Positions 1 through 8,719 are shown, counted from the stretch's first letter. The stretch: 11,887 bases of DNA from Fonticula alba ATCC 38817 (GCA_000388065.2 KB932215.1); one strand, 5' to 3'. Translations and numbers: made by a program. Notes: generated by a model not told the origin, from the letters alone.

Positions 1-601
1 GGGGGGGGGGGGGCGAGCTCAAGGGTGTGGCACATTTGCCGGCGGATATTGGCCTGGGCCTTTTTTGAAGCGCTGCCTGGGCGTCCGGCCTCGGCGAGGG
101 ATGCACCCGCTGCATGGCGCGGCCACTGTCCAAGGCTGACCACCGGCGGGTGTCCGGCTCGTGGGTCCGCAGCCTGGAGGGTGGCACCGGCGCACGGGGG
201 TCCGGAACAGGCGAGCGCCTCCGGGGGCGGCGCCCGTCCCCCGGGGCATGAGCGACATGACCGAGCAGGGTCCCCATGGGGGGGATGCGATGGATGGCAG
301 CGGTTGGGGTGTTCTCTGGTGGGCCACGCGCGCGACGAAGCCGGATCCGGCCGGTGACCCGTGGCGGGTCGGCAATGGGGCGTCTCGGGGCCGCACCGGG
401 CTGCGGTGTCGAGCGTGCGTGTGTTGGGACTTGTGATGTGATAGCCGGGGCTCGGCACCCAGGGGGGGTGGGAGGGGGCCCTCTTTCAGGCGCCACCGTG
501 AGGCACCCTCCGGGCGTGAGGGCCGTGTCTCGGCCGCATCTCGCTGCGTCCCGCCAGCACGCCAAGGCGGCCGGCCAAGCGGCCCCCGGGAGTGGCCCTG
601 T

Positions 602-3145
602 TTGAGCGGGCACATTCACGGCCTGTGCGGGCCTTTCACCGGCCCGGCGGGGGATTCTCCTGCCTCGGCCATGGAGCGGCCATGCCCGGAGGGGGTCCGG
701 CTGGCGGGCAGCCCCGGGGGGGGGCAGGTGTCCGGCCGCCCGGGTCGCGGCTGCAAAGAGCGACTGCTGGGGGGATGGTGCCCTGCCGGGCTGTGTGCGC
801 CTGTGCCGGTGGCCACGAGGGGGCCCAGGGCGGAGACACAGCGGGAAGGCGCCACGGCCGGGCTCTTTGCACCTGAGCGCGCGCATTGTCCCGGGGGCAC
901 ACGCGCGAGACAAAAGGCGGAGGGGCGGCAAAGGGGCTCCTCGTGCTGGGGCGAAGCGCTCCCCTCACGCCTGGGGGGGGGGCTCTCAAACTGTCTTGGC
1001 GGGGCGGCGCGCGGTTTGGGGCCGGCCGCCTGCCAGGGAACCTGTCCCCTGGCAGCCATGAGGGTCGGCCGATGGGTTTGCGCCTGGATGCTGCCATTGT
1101 GCCAGGAGACTTGGAGGCCCGGCCTGCGGTCGAGTGATCCCGCCGGGGGAGGCCGATCCTCGCCGGGGTGGCGGCCTGGCGGCCGGAGCCGAGACGCCTG
1201 GGCCCGGGTCGGCGACCGGGGGGTCACGGGCTGCGAGCGGCGTGCGGGCAGTGGGGGTATCCCCTGGCAGCATGGTCCCGGCGCCGGGCGGGCCCAGCAC
1301 GCGGGGCCCCGACCGGGTGGGGGCCAGGAGGCTGGCGCGTGGCGCGCCGGCCGCCACACGAAGGCGATATGCGGGGCAGCCGGTCCACGGGCCCTGGGCG
1401 CGGGGCACGTCGCAGGGGCTGCACCGTCTGCCCGGCCGTGGGGCTGCCTTGTGACGGGGCACATGCTGGGCGGCGCCCATGCCGGTGGGTGCTTGGGCGA
1501 GTTCCGCCGGGCGGCTCGCCGATGCCAAGCACCCGAGGCACACTTGCCGGGAGGGTGCTTTGAGCAGCTCGGCAGGGTGGCCCGCCAAGCATTTGCCTCG
1601 GGCCCCGCATGGTTCAGTGGGCTCATGTTTTTTTTCCGCCGAGGCACATGCCCGCCGGGCGAGGGCACCACCGGGGGGCACATCCGCCGAATGTCCCGCC
1701 AGCTGCAAGCCATCGGGGGGATGTCCCACGGTGCCCGGCGAGTGCCGGTGATCTTGGCCCCGGCGGGCGGGGAAGGGAAGGAGGAGCGCACGGGGGGGGG
1801 GAGGGGGGCGGACAAATGCCCGAGTGGCAAGGGGGGCCCGGTTCCGGCGCCGGGCGGTCCCTGGCACATGGGCCTGGCCGCCGGGGGGCTAGTCGAGCGC
1901 CGGGTGCCGGCGCTCGTGTGCCGGTACACTTGGCAGGCGTGTCGGCTGGAATGCCACCGGCCAAAGCGGGATCCAGGGCATCTGACTGAGCCGCAGCCAG
2001 ACTGCGTCCGTCGGTGGGTGGCCGGGGGCGGAGCGGTGGCGCCCGGCCCCGACCCGGAGTGCCTCGATGGCGAGGCGACTTGCACCGTGTGCGCCGGGGC
2101 CGGACGAGAGGCATGCCCGGCGCGGCGGCAAGGGCCTCCCGGCCGACGGGGGGCGGGGGCGGGGGACTGGGCCTCTCGAGGTGATCGGCTGTCGGCGGGC
2201 GCAGCGCGTGCTCCGCCATGTACGGCGCGATCGACGCCCCTCGAGGGCCGGGTCGCTCTGCTCGGCGCCTGCCGAAAGGCCGGAGAGGGCGGGAGGGCTG
2301 TTGGGCCCGGTCGGCCGGTGGCCATTGTCTTGGTGGGCGATGTGCAAGTGCAGGGCGGGCCCGAGCCGCGGACCTGGGTGACGATCCCGAGGTGCCGGCC
2401 GCCTGCCGGCCTGCGCCGCGAAGGACGCCGCCAGCGGTGGATGGCGCATGTCCCATCTCGGGGGACGGGGCGCTCCTGGCGCCCGGTGCTCGAGCCGGCC
2501 CTCGAGGGGGCGAGGCACCAAGGGGTCGTTCGAGGGGTTGGCGGCCAGGCTGGCGGCATGGTCGAGGAGCGGTGCTGGCTGATGCCCGGCCGGGCTGCTT
2601 GGCCGGCGCTTGTGGCGGCGGCCTCACTCGGAGAAAGCACGACCAGCAGCCTCATGCTTCCCGGGGTATGGGGCGTGGCGGGGGCATCCGCACGCTGCCC
2701 CGGTCCCGGGGCATTGGCCTGGAGGAGGCACGCGCGTGTGCTTGATGCGCTCCTTGCCGATGGCGAGCCGGGCCCCGGCCGGCCTGGCTGCAGGGTGCCC
2801 CACGATGGATGTCCGTTCGGCTGCCGGACGCGCGCCACGCGCAGCGGCCGCCCCTTGGGTCGGGCTCTCCCGGGCACTGGCCCCAGGGCGGAGGATGGCC
2901 CCGATCGAGTATCCCGTCGGTGGCAATGGCCCGCCGGCCGAGCGTGTGGAAGCATGTGCGGGCGTGTCCCTCGCCGGGCCGTCGGCATGGCATCCAGCGC
3001 CGGGCCTCGAAGGGACGGAGTGCTGGCGCGCCTGTGCCATGCGGAAGGCCACGCGGCGAGCCGGCTGCTCGCGCTCGCTCGACCGGCGTTCCGCCGCATG
3101 CCATTGACACTGCAAGCGGGCCGTGGCGGACATGGCTGCCGATAG
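602..3145 (+). other. Long stop-free frame (847 codons) with no recognisable product; coding status unresolved
   Basis: The product is G/A/R/P-rich with no domain I recognise. Sampled GC3 is about 78-82%, only slightly above local GC. Confidence 0.15.
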
Positions 3146-4100
3146 GCTGGGCGCCCCCGGCCGGAAGCGGGTCGCGCCTTGTCTGCTCACCTGTCGACAC
3201 CCGGTGCGCCGGCCGGCCGGCCGCCGGCCCGGCGTCGGATCGCAGTCTGGCATGGCGGTGGCGCAGGCCGCCGGGGCTGGAGTGGCAGCGAGGAGCATGA
3301 CGGCCGGGCGCGTTTGGGTCCCTTGCCGGAGGAAGGGCGATTGCCCGTGGCGTGGCCGGCCCGCGTGGCCCATGGTGCGGCGTTTGGGGGTGGAGGCGCC
3401 GGCAGCCCGGCCGCTGGACGTGCCCAGCGAGGGGCATGTGCCGCACGCATGCTACATGAATGTGTGATGGGTGAGAGAAGGGGGGGGGGTGATTGGCTGG
3501 TAGGGAATTGCCAGAGTGCAGGCCGCGAAGGAGGGGTGCACTTTGGAGGAAGGAAGCCGGGGGCTGTGCCACCGGCGCGGGATTTGCTATTGGGCGAATA
3601 AAAAAGCCATATTACTAACATCAAATAGCGCCATACCAACAGCACGAGTTGGTACCTGCCCGAGCCGTGGGATTTCTTCCGGCATGCATGTGGTCGCCCC
3701 TCCGTTGGCGGCGCGGTATTTTTGGTGGGGGCTGGCGGCGGTATCGGCGTCCGGTGCCGACGGAGTCATTCTCTCGGCGGATGCGCGCATGTCTGTCGGG
3801 AGATTGTGCTCCCTCCTTTTGGAAATTGGCGCCCAAGGGGGGTGGGGCGCCATTCCTCCGGGAGCCGGAGGCCGGCTTTCGGGCTGGGGCGCGTGTGCCG
3901 GCTGGTTTGTCGACGGCGGGCTGCCCGTGGCCTGGTGGGCTCCGCCGGGTGGGGGGCCTTTTTCCCCCCTTGGGGAAAGCCCGGGCGTATCGCCGCCCAT
4001 TGGGCCTCTTCCCCGGCTGGCTCGCACGGACGTCCTGCGGGGTTTTCGTGAGTTGGCCCCGCCCGGTGGAATGTCACCCGGGCCGGGCCCCGCACACGTC

Positions 4101-4140
4101 GCGTGTGTGAATGTGTGTGAAAGTGTGTGTGTGCGTGTGG
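4101..4140. repeat. Interrupted (TG)n microsatellite
   Basis: GCGTGTGTGAATGTGTGTGAAAGTGTGTGTGTGCGTGTGG. Confidence 0.8.
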
Positions 4141-4179
4141 GGGGGGCATTCTATTTACTGCATCAGTGTCTGGCTCGGC

Positions 4180-4269
4180 CTCTCTCGCCCTCTCTGTATT
4201 ATTCTATGTGGCCGTCTCTCTCTCGCCCTCTCTGTATTATTCTATGTGGCCGTCTCTCTCTCTCTCTCT
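4180..4269. repeat. Perfect 38-bp tandem duplication running into (CT)n
   Basis: CTCTCTCGCCCTCTCTGTATTATTCTATGTGGCCGTCT occurs at 4180-4217 and 4218-4255, followed by a CT dinucleotide run. Confidence 0.95.
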
Positions 4270-4672
4270 GCGTCGCCCGGTGTTTGTCTTGCTCAAACGA
4301 GCAAGCCCAGGGCGGGGCGTGGGCCAGGCGGCCGAGTGGCCCGGCGTCGCAGGGTTATGTCCGGAAAGTGGAAAAGCGAACCCGAGGCCGCAGGGGGGCT
4401 GGTGTCGGGAAGGGCGTCGGCCAGGGGGGCGCCGGAGGTTGAAAGAGGTCCTCCCCCGGGAAGGGCAAGGGCGGACAAACGGCCGGGCGATATGTGGGGC
4501 GCATTCCCTCCGGCCGGGCAGACCGGGCAGACCGGGCGCTGGGCCCTTTCCGCCGGGAAGGACTGCGCATCGAAGCCCGGGTCCGGGAGGGCGGGAATGG
4601 GGAGAGCCGGGGCCTGCGACGCGATGGTCCCCCGCGGCATCGGATGATGTGCCCACGCCCCTGCCCCCTTTT

Positions 4673-4698
4673 TCTCTCTCTCTCTCTCTCCCTCTCTC
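4673..4698. repeat. (CT)n microsatellite within a pyrimidine tract
   Basis: TCTCTCTCTCTCTCTCTCCCTCTCTC. Confidence 0.85.
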
Positions 4699-4942
4699 GC
4701 CACTGCGCATTCCGGAATGGGAGGTTGGGATCCGCGTGCCCTGGGGGCGAAATGTTCCAGTGCGGAGTTGTGTGGGGGTGGGGTTGCTCAGGGCGTCTGT
4801 TTCTTCTGTGCGCGTCAATTGGCCATGCTCTCAAGCTGCTTGGGCGTGTGTACGTGTGTGCGTTCGGCGCGCGGGGGCCGGATTCACGCGCCGGCTGGGA
4901 CTCGGTTGTTTGCCGCGCAAGTCTGGCCTGGGACGGGGCGGT

Positions 4943-4965
4943 GGGGGTGGGGGTGGGGGTGGGGG
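4943..4965 (+). repeat. (GGGGGT)4 hexamer repeat, G-quadruplex-forming motif
   Basis: Four G5 runs separated by single T. They are followed by GGCGGTGGCG and then the minisatellite. Confidence 0.85.
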
Positions 4966-4976
4966 TGGCGGTGGCG

Positions 4977-5175
4977 GACCGAGCGGAGGACCGAGCAACG
5001 GACCGAGGAGCAGACCGAGGAACAGACCGAGGAACAGACCGAGTAACGGACCGAGGAACAGACCGAGGAACAGACCGAGGAACAGACCGAACAGCCGACC
5101 GAACAACTGACCGAACAGCCGACCGAACAGCCGACCGAACAGCCGACCGAACAACCGACCGAGCAGCCGACCGAG
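4977..5175. repeat. 12-bp minisatellite, 16 full units plus a partial 17th, invariant GACCGA core
   Basis: Units start every 12 nt from 4977. The 5' units are mostly GACCGAGGAACA and the 3' units mostly GACCGAACAGCC. Confidence 0.97.
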
Positions 5176-5674
5176 AGATGGCAGCTACGCCATGGGAGCA
5201 GCCTCGCTGCCCCGGGGGCATGGGGCCCTCCGCAGTGTACCCACGACCGGCCCAACTGCATGCGCCGCAGGAAGAGGGTCATGATCGGAGCATGGGCGAG
5301 GCGTCACACGCAAAGCGGGTCTCCTGCTGGGGGCCCCCCCTCCCCAGGCTGACGGAGCCGTCCTAAAGGGCTGGCCCCTTGAGGTGGCCCGGGGGCCCCA
5401 TCAGGCAGGTGGCCGTCTTCGGGTGGCATTCTTCCGATCGGCCGATGGTAGGTCGGCTGGCAGGACACCTTGGCCGGGTGCGGGCGATCGAGAGGCCGGC
5501 GAGGCTCACCTCTCCCGGCCGGCCCGCCGAGAGGCACTGCACACGGTGCATCTTTGGGTGCCGGCGCCCATGTTGGTCGAGCGCATGCGGCGCCCGGTGC
5601 GCGCATGGCAGGCGGCCGGGGCCGTGATGGCATGGCACGACGTTCGCACCGCTCCGGCGACAGGGCCGGCCTGA

Positions 5675-5716
5675 GGGCGGGGCAAGGCGCTATCCGGGGC
5701 CCTATTTAAGGGCCCC
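5675..5716 (+). promoter_or_regulatory. Candidate core promoter of the Cys-rich gene: GC box and TATA-like element
   Basis: GGGCGGGG at 5675-5682 and TATTTAA at 5703-5709, an isolated AT patch about 200 nt upstream of the ATG. A pyrimidine-rich leader follows (about 5755-5900). Confidence 0.45.
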
Positions 5717-5900
5717 CAGCAGGGGCCCGTCATGGAGACACGGGAGCCACACATCTTTCCCCTCTGGTCATTTTCGTGTGCCTTTTTCTTTATCCCCCCC
5801 CCCCCGCCCCTTCTTCCTCCGGGGTCCCCTCTCTCTTCCGCCTCCTCTCGTGCGAAGTCGTCGCCCCCCTTGGCCCTTCCCTCGCGCATCTGCGGCACAC

Positions 5901-8289
5901 ATGGGCGAGAGGCTTTTTCCCCGCCGCCCCGGCAGGGCGGCATGCCTGGGCCTGCTCCTGCTGCTGGCCCTGGTGAGCTCACTCATGGCGGCCGTGCGGG
6001 CGGCCAATTGCCCGGAGGGATTCTTCTCCTCGGGATCGGAGGCCTGCCAGCCGTGCGACCCATCATGCAGCCAGTGCGCCAGTGCCAGCTCCTGCCTGGC
6101 CTGCCAGCCGGGGCTGGTGTTCTTGTCGACGGACCCGGCCGTGCCCAGCCTCTGCACGGCCACCTGCCAGCCGGGGCACTATGCTTCGCACGTGGGTCGG
6201 TGCCATGCGTGTGACTTCGGCTGCAGGGACTGTCGGGACAATGGCTTCGAGTGCTACGATTGCCTGCCGACCTTCGGGTGGAAGGAGACGCTGTTTGTCG
6301 GTGGCTCGGGCAAGGTGGGCCCCTGCGAAGAGTGCCCGCCGGATTGCGTCACCTGCAGCCGGGACTTCGGGGGATTCATTTGCCACACCTGCGAGCCGGG
6401 CTTCGGGCTCGATGAATTCGGCCGGTGCTTGGCGATCGCCCAGCGGACGGGGGCCTGGTACGACTCGTCGTCCGGGCGGTTCCTCTCTTGCGCGCCGACA
6501 TGCGAGACATGCGTCGGGCCCTCGCCGCAAGAGTGTCTCACGTGTGTGGCAGGCTTGACGCTGGAGGCGCTGCCGGGCAGCCCGGTGGGCAGTTGCGCGG
6601 GAGCATGCCCGCCGGGCAGGCTGCCGGTGCCGGAAATCCCGGGGCTCTGTGCTGCCTGCCACGAATCCTGCAGCCTGTGCTTCGGGCGGTCGTATGGCCA
6701 GTGCTGGGCTTGCCATGCGGGTCATGTGCTGTTCCATGGGCGGTGCTTGGCTGCATGCCCGACCGGCTACTACCCGATGGGGGGCCGGTGCGAGCTGTGT
6801 CACCCCTCATGCGGCCAGTGTGACGGGCCGCTGGACAGCAACTGCCTGGGCGACTGCCCGGGGAGCATGCTGACGCTGGCCGGGCCGGAGGACGGCAAGC
6901 GGCGGTGCGTTGCCCAGTGCCCGGCCGGGCGGACCGTCTGGCCGGATGGGACGTGTGCCGAATGCGGGGCCCACTGCGACACGTGCCGGTTTGTGGAGGG
7001 CCCCCCGGACGGGCCGCCAGTCCAGTGCATCAAGTGCGCCGAGGGGTGGCTGCTGGATGTGGCCACCGGCGAGTGTGTGGCACAGTGCCGGCCGGGGTCG
7101 AGCCGTGTCGGCACCGAGTGCTACCAATGCTCGACCGGGTGTGCCGATTGCCTGGGCACCAGTGGCCAGCAGTGTGTCCGCTGTCAGGACAGCCATCCGC
7201 TGCACTTGTCGGATGGATGCCATGCGACCTGCCCGCCGGGGACCTACCAGTCGGGAGGCTCGTGCCTGGCGTGCTACGCCCTTTGCGGGACGTGCTCCGG
7301 CCCGGGGGCCAGCCAGTGCACCGGCTGCCGCGATGACAATGTCCTGACGATGGATGGCAAGTGCGCGGGGGCCTGTCCGGCGGGGCAGTTCGCCCGGCGG
7401 GACACGCCCCAGGGCCCGGGGGTGTGCCAAGCGTGCGGGCCCATGTGCGACAGCTGTGCCGATGGGGACTGGTGCTTCGCCTGCCAGGATGGGGCCCTCC
7501 TGCTGGAGGGGACCTGCCGGACCGGCGGCTGCCCCGAGGGCTCGGCCCTTTGCCCGGACTCGGAGCGGTGCATTTCCTGCGGCGAGGGGTGCGGCCAGTG
7601 CGCCGGGTACTCCTCCGGCGAGCAGGGCACCTGCCGGCAGCGGTGCACCCGGTGCCGGGACTCGTTGGTGCTCTTCCCCGAGGAGGGGGTGTGCAGGGGG
7701 AGCTGCTCGCCGCGGGGCATTCTCCTGGACCAGGCGAAGGCCGAGTGCGCTGCCTGCCGGGAGTCGTGTGCCACTTGCCACGAGGATGTGGCCTGGTGCA
7801 CGTCCTGTCGACATGGCGACCAGTGGCTGATGGTGGCCACCGGCCGTTGTGAGGACGCCTGCCCGGAGTCCGGGCACATGCGGGTCATTTCGTCGGGCAC
7901 CGGGGAGCTCGCGCCTGGCCGCATGTGCTTCGCCTGTCCGGAGGGCTGCGCGGCGTGCAGCACCTCCAGCGACGGGTCCGACGTGTGGGCAAGCGATGCG
8001 GGCTCGTCCAACCTGCGGGACGCGGCCGAGTGTGCCATCAGCGGCAAGGATGGCTCGCTGTCATGCCCTTGGCATGTGGTGTGCCATCGTTGCCGAGACC
8101 CGTTGCTGCTCTTGCTGGAGGATGGCACATGCGTGGCGAGCTGCCCGGCCGGGACTTTCGCCGATCGTGGCCGGGAGCATGTGCCTGTGCCGGCGTGTGT
8201 CCGGTGCCAGGAGGGCTGCGCCGAGTGCACTGGCCGGGCCGAGGATCAGTGCCTCCGCCAGGACAGGGGAAAGGATTCCCGGGGCCTGG
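5901..8289 (+). CDS. Exon 1 of a furin-like cysteine-rich repeat type I membrane protein (signal peptide plus 14 CxxC-xxx-CxxC repeats)
   Basis: The track ORF starts at GTG 5778, but the first ATG is at 5901. It gives MGERLFPRRPGRAACLGLLLLLALVSSLMAAVRA-ANCPEG, a signal peptide with basic n-region, Leu-rich h-region and VRA cleavage-like site. There are 14 repeat cores (CQPCDPSCSQC ... CVRCQEGCAEC; one lacks its first Cys) joined by CPxG-aromatic linkers typical of furin-like/growth-factor-receptor Cys-rich domains. GC3 is high (17/20 in a sampled line). The exon ends at a GTACGT donor at 8290. Confidence 0.93.
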
Positions 8290-8365
8290 GTACGTGGGGG
8301 GCTGGTTGGCTTGGGGGTTCCTCCTTTGCCGGCAGGATGTCTGACACTTTCTTGCGGTCGTTCAG
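8290..8365 (+). other. Intron 1 (76 nt, phase 1)
   Basis: Donor GTACGT at 8290, branch CTGAC at 8341-8345, acceptor TTCAG ending 8365. Removing it joins ...DSRGL to VIGLGVGMG..., bringing the TM helix into frame. Confidence 0.88.
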
Positions 8366-8485
8366 TCATTGGTCTGGGCGTGGGCATGGGCATCTTGGCC
8401 CTGCTCCTTGTTGGGGGCCTGGTGGTGGGGTTCCTGGTGCTGCGTGCGCGCAAGTCGTCCGGGTCCAAAGGTGCGTCCTCCGGGG
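8366..8485 (+). CDS. Exon 2: transmembrane helix and basic stop-transfer segment
   Basis: Encodes (V)IGLGVGMGILALLLVGGLVVGFLVL-RARK-SSGSKGASSG, about 26 uncharged residues followed by RARK. It ends at donor GTATGT 8486, with an alternative in-frame donor AG|GTGCGT at 8471. Confidence 0.85.
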
Positions 8486-8719
8486 GTATGTGCTTGTGTG
8501 TGCTTGTTTGTTTGTTTGTTAGTTTGTTTGTTTGTGCTCTTGTGTGAGTGTGTGTGTGTGTGTGTGCATGGGTTCGCGTGTGCTCGTGTGAGCGGGCCCC
8601 AAGGGTGAGATACTGACATTGCGCGGGGCAACACCCTCGATCGCGGGTGGCCGTCGGTCGCATCGGATCGTCGGGCTGCGGCGTGTCCGGGTCGGCCGCT
8701 TGACTATGATGCGGGGCAG
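8486..8719 (+). other. Intron 2 (234 nt, phase 1) containing (TTTG)n and (TG)9 microsatellites
   Basis: Donor GTATGT. Branch candidates are TACTGAC 8611-8617 and TTGAC 8700-8704. There is no AG between 8618 and the GCAG ending 8719. Confidence 0.65.
8504..8566. repeat. Intronic (TTTG)n and (TG)9 microsatellites
   Basis: TTGTTTGTTTGTTTGTTAGTTTGTTTGTTTG at 8504-8534 and (TG)9 at 8549-8566. Confidence 0.9.

Noticed and set aside
1270-1287. Resemblance to the HDV ribozyme 5' part (GCATGGTCCC...GGCGCCGG)
   Set aside because: The P3/L3 element, the P1 pairing and the 3' GGGAC partner are missing, so it is a chance match.
616-3099. 827-aa minus-strand ORF as a protein
   Set aside because: It is P/R/A/G low-complexity as expected from the complement of G-rich DNA, with no domain. 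It is kept only as a statistical curiosity under findings.
3209-3233. Self-complementary (CCGG)3 run
   Set aside because: It is short and expected at about 80% local GC.
3630-3640. GCCATACC resembling the 5S rRNA 5' end
   Set aside because: No further 5S sequence or structure follows.
3954-3982. Hairpin TTTCCCC-CCTT-GGGGAAA
   Set aside because: It is built from homopolymer runs, has no associated gene end, and is expected by chance.
4977-5175. CRISPR array
   Set aside because: The units are contiguous 12-mers with no unique spacers, there are no cas genes, and the context is eukaryotic.
5778-8522. The track's 914-aa ORF as the true protein
   Set aside because: It starts at GTG in a pyrimidine-rich leader and reads through intron 1. 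The ATG at 5901 gives a signal peptide, and splicing restores a TM helix.
5500-8640. Many antisense and alternate-frame ORFs over and around the Cys-rich gene
   Set aside because: They are shadows of a high-GC3 gene or of low-complexity flanks.
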